Shown here: positions 47,560 to 57,515 of the stretch, one piece after another
Layout: every line of letters starts with the position of its first letter
Position numbering within the stretch: position 1 is the stretch's first letter
Notes under the pieces: model-generated
What the model was told of the DNA's origin: nothing
Seen by the model: the letters and a program-made list of their open reading frames with translations, nothing else
The model's database searches: none
Made by a program: the position numbers and the translations under genes
DNA from: a virus
Lineage: Duplodnaviria > Caudoviricetes
Length of the DNA: 64,000 nt
Direction: 5' to 3' (one strand)
Virus record (IMG/VR): IMGVR_UViG_3300001598_000002
Coordinates: 51,864-115,863 of that record

Positions 47560-49468
47560 TTACTGCCTCCCACTCTCTCATTTTATATTCTTCTTTCCGT
47601 TTAGCAGACCAAGTTTTAATAGGAGTATAGAAGCCTACAATTCTTGTGTATTCTGTTTCTACTGGTCCACCACAAAGCGGGCAAATATCTCCAAAAAACG
47701 CGTGATTATGTTTACAAGCTTGAATTTTGGTATTAAAGGCAAAATAAGTTAAACCTTGATCAGCAATATATTCAGTCATTTCCCATGCCTTTTCAAAATT
47801 ATCAAATGGGGCTTCGATATTAATATGAGCAATAGAGCCACCATTACAATATGAATCAAAAAGACTAGCAATACGAACCCGTTCTTGTAGAGTAGTCTTA
47901 ATTCCAAGTGGAATAAATTGATTACCATAAAGTGGCAGATCTTTTACTACAGTTTCTGGATATAACAATTCATCCGCTTGTTGGAATTTTGCTGCACATT
48001 GCTCTCCCGGAATTTGTTCAAGATTAATTTTGTAATCTTTATCAAGAGCAAATTGGTCTTTAGTCCGATGAACTACATCAAAGATTTTTTTACCAAAATT
48101 ATCTGCTTGTGACGTATAAAAAGAGTTACCAAAAACATCAGTGGTTACATATCCAAAATGCTTCATGGTTTCATAAACGCCAATAATACCAATTGTATTA
48201 TAAAGATGCTCAAAATCAACTAGTCCTTTTGAAAAATTAGGTAACAGTCCTTTCTCAACATTACGCTGAATAATATGCCGTACTACATCTAAGGCTTTAC
48301 AGTTTAATTCTACAGTATCTCGTAGCTTTACTAAAAATTCTTGTTCGGTAGCGCTCTCTAGCGCAATTCGCGCGAGATTAACAGTAGACACTTTAACAGA
48401 GCCAACTTTCAATGCTGTACCGCCAATACTGTTAAAATATCCTAAATCTTCAATATTGCTTTTTAAACGGCAACAATTAGAAAGACTTGTAACACTATCA
48501 TCAATAAATAAATTACTATCATTCCATTTACGGTTATGCTCAACGCCCCAACGTGCAAATTCTTCATCTACAAATTTACCATTTTGACGCAGTAAAGAAA
48601 TTGTCAATACTGGAAAAGTAAACATATTGTGCTGACGAATTTCTGCAACAACTTCCATAAACATAATTTGGAATTGTTTGATTTCATCTAATTCATCTAC
48701 CATAAATGTTCCATCTGGAAATTCGGCGCCACCAAAAAGTGCATCAAGATAAGGCCCATCAAATACTGAAACATTAGTAAAAGCGGATTGCGTGCCATCG
48801 CGCACATATGGCTGATTTACAGCATAAATAAAACGCTGAATTTGTTGGCGCGCGTAATAATCTGGATTTTTTGTTGCATATCCATTTTCGCAGTCCTTCT
48901 TCCAAAAATAATACATATAAGGAATGAGATTAGGAAGTCCAACCGCACCAGACGATCTATTAGAGGCAAAACTAATATATTCTTTTACAAAATCAATAAA
49001 AGTCGATAAATGCTTAGGAGGCTCTGCATTAAAATTATTTAAGAAAAATAGTCCTCTTTCAGCAAGATCCTTTAAATCATATGCAAAACAATAGTGAAGA
49101 AATGTAGATGTATCAGCATCATGCATATAAAGTGCCTTAGTCCATTCTTTATTTAACCAATCATTGGCAGTTTTAAAACCATACTTCTTATTAAGTTCAT
49201 AATAAATTTTGTTATATGCGAGAAGCTTTCGATGAGACTTAGGCATCTCATTCATAAGCGTGCGCATATCCTTACTACCAACATTGGCGTTGCCATCTAC
49301 ACTGGCATCAGCAACAGTTTCTGCATCAATAAAATTATCAATAAAATCAGTATAAGATAATTGTGCATCATCAAAACCATTTAATCGTGCGAATTCATCG
49401 CCGTATTCACTCAACATTTTATTAAATTGTGTAGTGAAATTTTTATTTAGACGAATATTAATATTCAT
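47546..49468 (-). CDS. nrdD: Class III (anaerobic) ribonucleotide reductase, no ATP cone
   Basis: YMHD...YCF, FTFP, SNCCRL, Zn motif CKHNH...CPLC and the glycyl-radical loop TRIVGF. Confidence 0.93.
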   Translation of the reverse strand: MNINIRLNKNFTTQFNKMLSEYGDEFARLNGFDDAQLSYTDFIDNFIDAETVADASVDGNANVGSKDMRTLMNEMPKSHRKLLAYNKIYYELNKKYGFKTANDWLNKEWTKALYMHDADTSTFLHYCFAYDLKDLAERGLFFLNNFNAEPPKHLSTFIDFVKEYISFASNRSSGAVGLPNLIPYMYYFWKKDCENGYATKNPDYYARQQIQRFIYAVNQPYVRDGTQSAFTNVSVFDGPYLDALFGGAEFPDGTFMVDELDEIKQFQIMFMEVVAEIRQHNMFTFPVLTISLLRQNGKFVDEEFARWGVEHNRKWNDSNLFIDDSVTSLSNCCRLKSNIEDLGYFNSIGGTALKVGSVKVSTVNLARIALESATEQEFLVKLRDTVELNCKALDVVRHIIQRNVEKGLLPNFSKGLVDFEHLYNTIGIIGVYETMKHFGYVTTDVFGNSFYTSQADNFGKKIFDVVHRTKDQFALDKDYKINLEQIPGEQCAAKFQQADELLYPETVVKDLPLYGNQFIPLGIKTTLQERVRIASLFDSYCNGGSIAHINIEAPFDNFEKAWEMTEYIADQGLTYFAFNTKIQACKHNHAFFGDICPLCGGPVETEYTRIVGFYTPIKTWSAKRKEEYKMREWEAVNESN

Positions 49469-49675
49469 TTATTCCTCCATTGAATTAATCCATTTTACGG
49501 CATAAGAAAAATCCAATAACGATTGATCTACTTGGAGCATTGGTGCCATTTTAATATTTAATTTTAACATTTCATTAATATCATTGCACTCTTCATATTG
49601 AATTTTTTTCTGTTCTAATTTGGTTTTTAGTACTTTACATCGTGGACAATTTGTACTATATAAAATAACTTTCAT
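49469..49675 (-). CDS. Glutaredoxin/NrdH-like redoxin
   Basis: LYST.CPRC..LK..L...APML. Confidence 0.85.
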   Translation of the reverse strand: MKVILYSTNCPRCKVLKTKLEQKKIQYEECNDINEMLKLNIKMAPMLQVDQSLLDFSYAVKWINSMEE

Positions 49676-49890
49676 TATTCTACCTCTTTATCACAATAAA
49701 TACAAAAACCTAATTCATTATATTCATGCGGACAAATATTACGCAGATGTTTGTTTTCTTCAACTGCTGTCTTCGCGCGCTTACTAAGCGTAAAAAGTCC
49801 ATTTTTAGCCTCTTCTTCAATTATTGTAAGATTAGCCGTAATTTTTGCTTGAATTTCAGGACCATTCATTAACAAATTGACCTCCTTCAT
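49675..49890 (-). CDS. Small Zn-binding hypothetical protein
   Basis: CPH...CIYC motif. Confidence 0.6.
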   Translation of the reverse strand: MKEVNLLMNGPEIQAKITANLTIIEEEAKNGLFTLSKRAKTAVEENKHLRNICPHEYNELGFCIYCDKEVE

Positions 49891-51001
49891 ATTTTACTGC
49901 ATCCCATTCGTAAAACATTTTAAATAAATCATAATTTTTAATGCGTACATATTGAAATGCATTTTGAATTTCCTCAAAACTTAATTTAATTGTCATAAAT
50001 TCCCATGTTGTATAATGTAAATATGAATTATCACGACAAAACATGTATAATGGTTGAGAGTGTGGAGCAAAGTCTTCATGCCATTGAAAACTTAACCAAC
50101 AGTTCCATAGTTCAATTAAATCGCGTAATTCTTTAGCTACTGGAAATTCATCACTACATTTAAGTAGAATTTTTACATGTGCTCTCCTCAAAAATAATGT
50201 CTGAATAAAAATTTTTGGTAGACGATGCATTAAAAAATCATTCTCGTTTGAACATCCATATGAGATTTCATAATAAATCTGTTTAGCCATTCGAACATTA
50301 TCCATACAAAGTTTATAAAGAATATCATCATTCATCAAACCATAATATTCTAAAAAGAATGCATTTGGTATCGTGACAATTTTAAGCCAACGAGCTAATT
50401 CTTCTGAAGAATATATTTTTATTGGATATTTATTGCCAACTGGATAAGGATTGATACCATGTTTAGTTTTAAATTCACGCTGATTTTGCAATTCTAAAAT
50501 TAAATCATATGCTTTTAAATTTGCTAAATCATAATCATGTAAAAAAATTCCAGTGGTTTTATTATTAAAGTACGGTTGTAATTCTTGAAAGGACAACAGA
50601 TCATGTGAATTAGGCGCAAGACGCATGTGCGCGCAATTTAAAATACGTTTAATTTGTATTTTTTCTGCATTCTTCTTCCCAAAATGATCAATATATTGGT
50701 CATAAATATGCATATTTGGAACTGTTTGTTCAATTTTCTTATCAAGCGGAATATATTGTTCACTATTAAATGCGCGACCGCCATATATACAATTAGGCAA
50801 AAATAGTTCTCTTGGAAAAACTCCATCATCATATTCTTTACGAACAATAAATTTTGTATATGGTTCTGGTGTCAATGATGGCACCAGAACCGCTAATTCA
50901 TTATGTTGTCGATAATAAGTAATAAGCTTCGCGCACTCTAAATTAGGAATAACATTTTCATAATTAAAAAAGTCATAATCATAAATACCATAAACAGCCA
51001 T
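49856..51001 (-). CDS. Hypothetical protein (N-terminus resembles phage radical-SAM-like proteins; no CxxxCxxC)
   Basis: GIYDYD...PNLE..KL..YY...YGG.AF...LDKKIE...PN..IY. Confidence 0.6.
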   Translation of the reverse strand: MAVYGIYDYDFFNYENVIPNLECAKLITYYRQHNELAVLVPSLTPEPYTKFIVRKEYDDGVFPRELFLPNCIYGGRAFNSEQYIPLDKKIEQTVPNMHIYDQYIDHFGKKNAEKIQIKRILNCAHMRLAPNSHDLLSFQELQPYFNNKTTGIFLHDYDLANLKAYDLILELQNQREFKTKHGINPYPVGNKYPIKIYSSEELARWLKIVTIPNAFFLEYYGLMNDDILYKLCMDNVRMAKQIYYEISYGCSNENDFLMHRLPKIFIQTLFLRRAHVKILLKCSDEFPVAKELRDLIELWNCWLSFQWHEDFAPHSQPLYMFCRDNSYLHYTTWEFMTIKLSFEEIQNAFQYVRIKNYDLFKMFYEWDAVKYEGGQFVNEWS

Positions 51002-51003
51002 TC

Positions 51004-54000
51004 TTATTCCTCATTTGATCTACTACGAGTGGTTACTATTCCATTATTAATAGAAGTAATTAATTCTACATGATGATATGGCGTATTCTTATAAGTTTTT
51101 GCTCGAAACTCATTTTCTCCATCTCGAATGCCAGTAACAATGATTTTGTTACCTCGTGTAAACATAGACTTTTCGATAACGTGTTTCTTTCCATCGGCGC
51201 CTTTTTCGCTAATTTGCTTATCATACTGTTGAAAGACGCCATAAATTTTAACAGTTACTACACCATCAGTTGTAAGTAAAGTAACCATTTTCTTTGATTT
51301 GTCTCGATCCAATACCGTACCTGCAATACGATTCAATTTAAAAATGGGAATCATTTTACCTTTAATAGGAATATATCTATCAATTTGAGGCTCGGTTGAC
51401 AAATCTCCAAATCGATCTAATTCACAAGCATCATAAATTAATTCATTTAATTCATGCTCATGTATATAACAACTCGTTGCATCCATTTCCCATTTACTGA
51501 TTGAACCAGTACAATATTTATTCCACATATCACCAATTAATCTATCATTAATTGCATTTAACAATTCAACGTTATGTGACTTGATGTATGGTCTAATAAT
51601 ATCCATATGATGTTGATAAATATTATCCCATTTTACTTGTTTAATTTTTAACTGGCTTTCGGAGGATTCGGATGGCTCCAATAAATCCATATCAAAATTA
51701 TTACTATAAAAATCAAATGCAATGTTATCCAATCCATAATAATTGTTATCTTCTTTTAACTTTTTTAAATATTTGTTAAAGTTATATACTCGACGCTGCA
51801 AATCATATTCATCCGGAATTAGTTCAAAATCAATAAGCATTTTCATATTTTGAAGAGTTACTCGTTTTTTACAATCGCTTACTGACATAATATAATCTTT
51901 CATAATAGTAAAACGATCTCCAAATCTATCAAAAGCGCCAGCCTTGATTAAATTTACCATTTGCGGCTTATTAATCTTGACTTTTTTAAGAAAATCGTCA
52001 ATTCCATTGTATGGGCGATTTAGAATAATAGTTTTAATAAGATCTTCACCAATTCTTGTAATACCATTTAAACCATATCTAATGGTATTATTTGCAATAT
52101 CTGGAGAGAAAGTATATTTAGATTCATTAATATCTGGCGCAGATACTTTAACACCAGTTGATGAAATTTTACCTATAGCAGAAGCAATTTTACCATAGTT
52201 AGTTGCTTTAACTTTTTTCTTTTTCTTGCCTTCGGCGGTTTTAATTACTTCTGCAGGATAGCCATCACAATCTTCTTCTTCATAACTGTCTTCTGCTTCA
52301 TCTTCTTCTTCATTAAACTCTTCCATTTCATTAGAATAAGTTTCTTCTATTTTTAATTCTTCTTCGGCTTCTTCATCTATTTCAGTTTCATCATTGCCAC
52401 CGGCATCACTAATAAGACAAGCACAGTTCCAAAACATAATTGGATATTTAAAAGCCAAATTCATTTCTTGAAGTGCAACAAGACTATAAGCATGAGTGTG
52501 ACTTGCATTAAAAGAATAGCCGCGCTGAGGTTTAAATACAACATCCCAAACATAGTGGACAAGAGTCATATCACAACCTTTTTCTTCTGCATTCTTAAAA
52601 TAAAATTCTTCGCATTCTTCAAAAAGTTTACCTTGCTTTTTTGCAATTGCTTTACGGCATTTATCTGCAAAAGTCAGGTCATTCGCGCCAAGTCGTTCTT
52701 CTTGTACAAGAGACATAAGCCCTTCTTGAGATTCACAAATTCCATCATGAATAGCACTATGGTTGGCTAACCAATTAATTTGTTCATCATTTAAGCCATA
52801 CATTTTCATTTCATTATACCAGATAGTTATATCTTGACGATAGCGCGCCCACATATCAAGAGGCTGTTCAGCACCTTTCTCAGATGCCATTAACCTAATA
52901 ACTGAATTCAAAACAGCAAGTTCATCAATTTTACGAGGTTTTGCAATTGCTATACCCTGAATACCAGACTGTTTTTCCATCTGGAATAAAGAACCAATTT
53001 CATGATGAAGCACCATATCCCACATTTGTGAATTATCACGTTCAAGTGTATATATTCCTACAATTGATTCATAGGTTTCGCGCAAAGTTGATTTACGTTC
53101 AGCATATCCATATTCACAAAGTAAATCAATACAATTATGAATCTTATCCATTGCTTCTACAGAAAGCAAGTCAATTTTAATCAAAGAAACGTCTTCACAA
53201 TCATGAAGTTCAAATGCTGTACAGATTGTGCCATCAGGCGCGCGCATTAATCCAGTAGATTCCGTAAATGGTTCATCAACAAAGATAATACCACCTGCAT
53301 GAATACCACTACCACAAATTAATCCCTCAATTCCTTTGGCTACATTCCAAAGATCGGGATAATTCTCTGTCATTTCATATACAAACTGCTTAATTGGCGC
53401 CCAACCATTCTCTTCGTCACCATTCATGCACTGATCCAGACTACGAAGTTGTCCACGATCGGCAGGGATTAGTGATGCAATATATTGTGCAATATCAACA
53501 TCAATACCAAGACCACGTGCGGCAGTTAATACTGCACTCTTACTTTTTTCAGTTCTAAATGTAGCGACATTCGCAACACGATCTTCACCATAAACCTCGC
53601 GTAGATGCTGAAGAACCTGGGCGCGCTTGCCACCTTCAATATCAGTATCAATATCAAGAACGGACACACGCTGCGGATTCAAAAATCTCCAAGGGAACAT
53701 GGGAGTAGGCTCGCGTAGACAATTCATCTGAATAACATCAAGGCAATACAGAAGAACAAACCCACCACCAGAACCACGCGCCGGACCAACAATAGTGCCT
53801 GCATTCCAACATTCATCAATATTTTTTTGAAGATTTAAATAATAAGCAGACCATCTTGCTTTATTAACTTCTGATGATTCCCAAGTCCTCTGAAGATTGT
53901 CTTCGAGGGCGGCGTAGGCTTCATCATTTTGAAGATCGGAATGACGTTTAATTCCATCAATTACGGCATTAACAAGATATTTATCACTCTTATATTCCGA

Positions 54001-54993
54001 ATTTAAAAACTTTTCAAGCGTAGGCATTTTTTTGAACCATTCTGGATATTCTGTATAATAACTAATTACGTTACGCCATTGAAGCTCTGGGATCTTTAAT
54101 GGTTTCATTAAACTAAAATCTTCACACATATCGGCAATTGCTTGAATCGATTCATATGCATGACTTAAATCAGATTTTGTAAAATAGGGAAAGAATGATT
54201 CAAGTTCTTCTGTCCCCATCATATACGTTGTTGCATAGAAATCATCAACTTCACGGTCACCATTCTGTGCATTCAAATACGCCTTATGGATAATTCTATC
54301 TTCTTTTTTAAGATAGTGGCTATCGGTTGTGATAATATATGGAATCTGAAACTCATGTCCAAAGTCATATAACTTTTTATTTACAAGAATTTGTTCTTTA
54401 TTATTACTCGGTTGCATTTCCAAGAAGAAATTACCATGGCCAAAAATCTGATCCATCTGTCCAATCCAGATACGAAGTTTATCATCACTTGTTCCTCTTA
54501 AGATCTGCGTGCCGAGCGCGCCACCTAAACAAGCGGTAGAACCAATAACATGGCCAGGATTTGCTCCAATAATATCCAATAAATCTTGATAATATGTTGG
54601 AACACGACGCATACCGCGCGCCATATAACTGCGTTGCCATGCACGAGTGGAGATTTCAAAAATTTGTTTTGCTCCTATAAGGTCTTTAGCTAAAAGAATA
54701 AAGTGATAATATTTATCATTATCTTTGTTAAAATTCTGTGCATTTAATCCATTTCTACAAAGATAAATTTCATTTCCACGAATCACTTTTAGATCTGGAT
54801 GCTTTTTCATTGCTTTTTCAATTTTGATCCAAGATGATACAGTTTCATGGTCTGTAAAACCAATAACTTTATGCCCTAGTTCTTCTGCATAATTTAACAT
54901 ATCATCAATTTTATTTATACTGTCTCTTAAGCGCAGATTAGAGTACTCTGTGTGATTATGAAGTCCACCATAATATTGCTCCATTGTTTCCAC
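51004..54993 (-). CDS. dnaE: DNA polymerase III alpha subunit (DnaE-type)
   Basis: PHP domain (HNHTEYS, TDH, TTDSHY), RGSGGG, catalytic DIDTD, HAGG, KIDLL and GYSFNASH. Confidence 0.95.
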   Translation of the reverse strand: METMEQYYGGLHNHTEYSNLRLRDSINKIDDMLNYAEELGHKVIGFTDHETVSSWIKIEKAMKKHPDLKVIRGNEIYLCRNGLNAQNFNKDNDKYYHFILLAKDLIGAKQIFEISTRAWQRSYMARGMRRVPTYYQDLLDIIGANPGHVIGSTACLGGALGTQILRGTSDDKLRIWIGQMDQIFGHGNFFLEMQPSNNKEQILVNKKLYDFGHEFQIPYIITTDSHYLKKEDRIIHKAYLNAQNGDREVDDFYATTYMMGTEELESFFPYFTKSDLSHAYESIQAIADMCEDFSLMKPLKIPELQWRNVISYYTEYPEWFKKMPTLEKFLNSEYKSDKYLVNAVIDGIKRHSDLQNDEAYAALEDNLQRTWESSEVNKARWSAYYLNLQKNIDECWNAGTIVGPARGSGGGFVLLYCLDVIQMNCLREPTPMFPWRFLNPQRVSVLDIDTDIEGGKRAQVLQHLREVYGEDRVANVATFRTEKSKSAVLTAARGLGIDVDIAQYIASLIPADRGQLRSLDQCMNGDEENGWAPIKQFVYEMTENYPDLWNVAKGIEGLICGSGIHAGGIIFVDEPFTESTGLMRAPDGTICTAFELHDCEDVSLIKIDLLSVEAMDKIHNCIDLLCEYGYAERKSTLRETYESIVGIYTLERDNSQMWDMVLHHEIGSLFQMEKQSGIQGIAIAKPRKIDELAVLNSVIRLMASEKGAEQPLDMWARYRQDITIWYNEMKMYGLNDEQINWLANHSAIHDGICESQEGLMSLVQEERLGANDLTFADKCRKAIAKKQGKLFEECEEFYFKNAEEKGCDMTLVHYVWDVVFKPQRGYSFNASHTHAYSLVALQEMNLAFKYPIMFWNCACLISDAGGNDETEIDEEAEEELKIEETYSNEMEEFNEEEDEAEDSYEEEDCDGYPAEVIKTAEGKKKKKVKATNYGKIASAIGKISSTGVKVSAPDINESKYTFSPDIANNTIRYGLNGITRIGEDLIKTIILNRPYNGIDDFLKKVKINKPQMVNLIKAGAFDRFGDRFTIMKDYIMSVSDCKKRVTLQNMKMLIDFELIPDEYDLQRRVYNFNKYLKKLKEDNNYYGLDNIAFDFYSNNFDMDLLEPSESSESQLKIKQVKWDNIYQHHMDIIRPYIKSHNVELLNAINDRLIGDMWNKYCTGSISKWEMDATSCYIHEHELNELIYDACELDRFGDLSTEPQIDRYIPIKGKMIPIFKLNRIAGTVLDRDKSKKMVTLLTTDGVVTVKIYGVFQQYDKQISEKGADGKKHVIEKSMFTRGNKIIVTGIRDGENEFRAKTYKNTPYHHVELITSINNGIVTTRSRSNEE

Positions 54994-55025
54994 TTATTCT
55001 TTCCTCCTTTTTACTTTCTATAATA

Positions 55026-55054
55026 ATTATATCAAAAATTTATGAATTTTTCAA
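55026..55054 (-). promoter_or_regulatory. SigmaA-type promoter TTGAAA-N17-TATAAT upstream of dnaE
   Basis: Seen on the - strand. Confidence 0.75.
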
Positions 55055-55064
55055 ATTACAATGC

Positions 55065-55136
55065 GCCGGTCATTAATTCGCAATTATACATAAAATAAAT
55101 TTGTGGTTCTTTTATGTCTGCGAATTAATGGCCGGC
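55065..55136. repeat. Long inverted repeat (17/18-bp outer stem plus 8-bp inner stem)
   Basis: GCCGGTCATTAATTCGCA...TGCGAATTAATGGCCGGC, with inner ACATAAAA/TTTTATGT. Confidence 0.85.
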
Positions 55137-55141
55137 CGCGC

Positions 55142-55768
55142 TTAATGCTTTTTACTCCAAAGCCAATGCAACTTTGTTTCCTTTTCCACTTTTGTTAAAT
55201 CCCAATAATACCAAGCATAAGCCTGAATACTATCTGGTTTAATAGATAAATCACCGTTCTTATAACAAGCTACTCTATCTATATATACATATACATCAGA
55301 AGGTGGGTTATCTTTTAAAATATTGTTATATCTACCTTGCCCTTCTAAAAACTGAAGACGGCCAAACATAAGGACCCCTTTGGTTGCAATTTCTAAAGAA
55401 CGAATAACAAAAGGCTCAATTAATTTAAATGGAGGATTCATTATTACATAATCACTAATAAAATATGGATAGTCATCTGCTAAATAATCCAAACCATATG
55501 TTAAAACAAGATTAGAATTATTATACCCTCTATCTTTAATATCTGTTCCAATAATTTTGGTGGCACCATATTTTAAAATTCCTTCGATCATATGGCCGCC
55601 TCCACAACAAGGCTCTAAAATTGTAGAATCTTGAAGGTCTTCCTTATTGAGAATTTCTAAAATATTGGTTACCTCTTCGGTAGGTGTTGAATAATAGTCT
55701 AATGCTTCACGCTCTTTATGATTTTTGTCATAGGCAGAATATAAACCCTTTTTACTATATTTTCCCAT
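55142..55768 (-). CDS. Amino (N6-A/N4-C) DNA methyltransferase
   Basis: DYYSTP, LEPCCGGG (motif I) and MNPPF (motif IV). Start MGKYSK at 55768. Confidence 0.88.
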   Translation of the reverse strand: MGKYSKKGLYSAYDKNHKEREALDYYSTPTEEVTNILEILNKEDLQDSTILEPCCGGGHMIEGILKYGATKIIGTDIKDRGYNNSNLVLTYGLDYLADDYPYFISDYVIMNPPFKLIEPFVIRSLEIATKGVLMFGRLQFLEGQGRYNNILKDNPPSDVYVYIDRVACYKNGDLSIKPDSIQAYAWYYWDLTKVEKETKLHWLWSKKH

Positions 55769-55769
55769 A

Positions 55770-57515
55770 TTAAAACTCCAATAAATTATCTTCCATAATC
55801 TGATATTGTTCAATAAAGATTTGAGGAGTGACAGTACCGTTCCAATAATTAAGATTGGCCTTACCGACAACTTCCATTTTTATTTCGTCATACTGATTAA
55901 GTTCTTCAATCATATCTTTAGCAAAGAATTTCATATATGCGATACCATTTTTAACAATTTTAATAGTATCTTGATTTCTACCCATAATTTGAACATCTTT
56001 TCGTGTGAAATGAAGATCTTTAATATAAATTAATGGTTCATCGTTTTGTTGACTCCAAACATCTTTAAAATTAGCTAATTCAGTAATTAAATTACTTAAA
56101 TCGTCATTGAGCGCCTGACGTTCAAAATTTACTTCATAATAATCTTCGCCAAAATCATATTGCGCTAAATCTATATTCGCACGTCTATGAAGTTCATCTA
56201 AATCATTATTTTTAATACTACAACCCGCAGCATTGTCGTGTCCTTGTACATATTCAAATAATCCAGTAGAGTCAAGATACCCCTTAAAAGAAGATAATTC
56301 AGAATTAGATAAGCCACGAATAGAACCGCGTACATATCCTTGTGAATTCAGGCGTGCCACAATAGTTGGTCGCTTATATTTTTGACTTAATTGCATTGCA
56401 ATTAATCCATTTAATTCACTTGGAAATTTATCTTCATCATCGAGACGTACAAAAAGAATTTTATTTTCTAATAAGTCATGTTTAAAGATCTTTTGTTCAA
56501 GGCGCGCTACCGCATCATCCTTAAACTTGTTTTGATGGGTACGCGCATTAACACATTCTCGTGTTGATTCAATAGCAGCCTCTTCAAATGTGCCTTTCGC
56601 GCCACGTTTTAGGCATGGAATCATTTTATGCCCATCGAGGAATGCGGTTAACATACGCTGTTTTTCTTCCATTGTACCAACTCGTACCATTGCATTAATT
56701 AATGGTACAATATAAAATGCTACTGAAATTGGATTTAATGCTTTAATTAATTCATTATCACTTGGATTCATCGCACCGGTAATAGAATAGCCTTGTTTGC
56801 GCGCGATAGAAAGAAAGAAATAATTATTAATTTGACTAAATCCCTTTTTCCATAAATATTGATTTTCAATTTCTAGACCACTCATCATATCGCCGCAGAT
56901 TCCTAATGCTGCTAGGTCGATATAATCATCTGCCCAAGTATGCTCAAAATAATAATCCATTGCCCTACAAAATTGATAGGCCATACCCGCGCCAGACAAA
57001 TTTTTGTTTTCATATTTATCAGAAAGTTGATTATTAATTACTACTAAATTGGCTGCAAAATTGGTATCTTCTACAATATGGTGATCAATTACAAGAATAG
57101 GACAATCAATCTCTTTAGCATAATTAGAATCATTACTACCTGCATCTGGTACAATGACTAAATCATAATGCGAATCTCGAATATCTTCCCAATGTTCCTC
57201 TAATCCATGCGCTTTTCCATCATGAATATAATAAGAAATATTAAAATTATTTGAATGTCGTTTAAGATACTGCCCAATAATAGAGGCACTTGTAAAACCA
57301 TCAACATCACAGTCAACAATAATACCAATATTGGCTTCTGGTGTTAATTTACTAATAAGATTAATACCATCATCAATACAATTTAAATCGCGCCAAGATT
57401 GTAAGCAATATTCATTCGGATAAAGGAAACACTCTACATCTTTTACGCCTCGGGCGCGGAGTAAATTGCGCCCATAATCAGATGTAATTGAATCATTAAT
57501 TAATTTAATTTTCAT
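55770..57515 (-). CDS. recJ: RecJ-like ssDNA exonuclease (DHH)
   Basis: DCDVDG, HG, PDAG, IDHH, RGSIR and QGHDNAAG. Confidence 0.92.
   Translation of the reverse strand: MKIKLINDSITSDYGRNLLRARGVKDVECFLYPNEYCLQSWRDLNCIDDGINLISKLTPEANIGIIVDCDVDGFTSASIIGQYLKRHSNNFNISYYIHDGKAHGLEEHWEDIRDSHYDLVIVPDAGSNDSNYAKEIDCPILVIDHHIVEDTNFAANLVVINNQLSDKYENKNLSGAGMAYQFCRAMDYYFEHTWADDYIDLAALGICGDMMSGLEIENQYLWKKGFSQINNYFFLSIARKQGYSITGAMNPSDNELIKALNPISVAFYIVPLINAMVRVGTMEEKQRMLTAFLDGHKMIPCLKRGAKGTFEEAAIESTRECVNARTHQNKFKDDAVARLEQKIFKHDLLENKILFVRLDDEDKFPSELNGLIAMQLSQKYKRPTIVARLNSQGYVRGSIRGLSNSELSSFKGYLDSTGLFEYVQGHDNAAGCSIKNNDLDELHRRANIDLAQYDFGEDYYEVNFERQALNDDLSNLITELANFKDVWSQQNDEPLIYIKDLHFTRKDVQIMGRNQDTIKIVKNGIAYMKFFAKDMIEELNQYDEIKMEVVGKANLNYWNGTVTPQIFIEQYQIMEDNLLEF

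Noticed and set aside
51004-54993. Intein or intron in dnaE, nrdD or terL
   Set aside because: Frames are continuous, sizes are normal and no splice-junction or LAGLIDADG motifs were seen.
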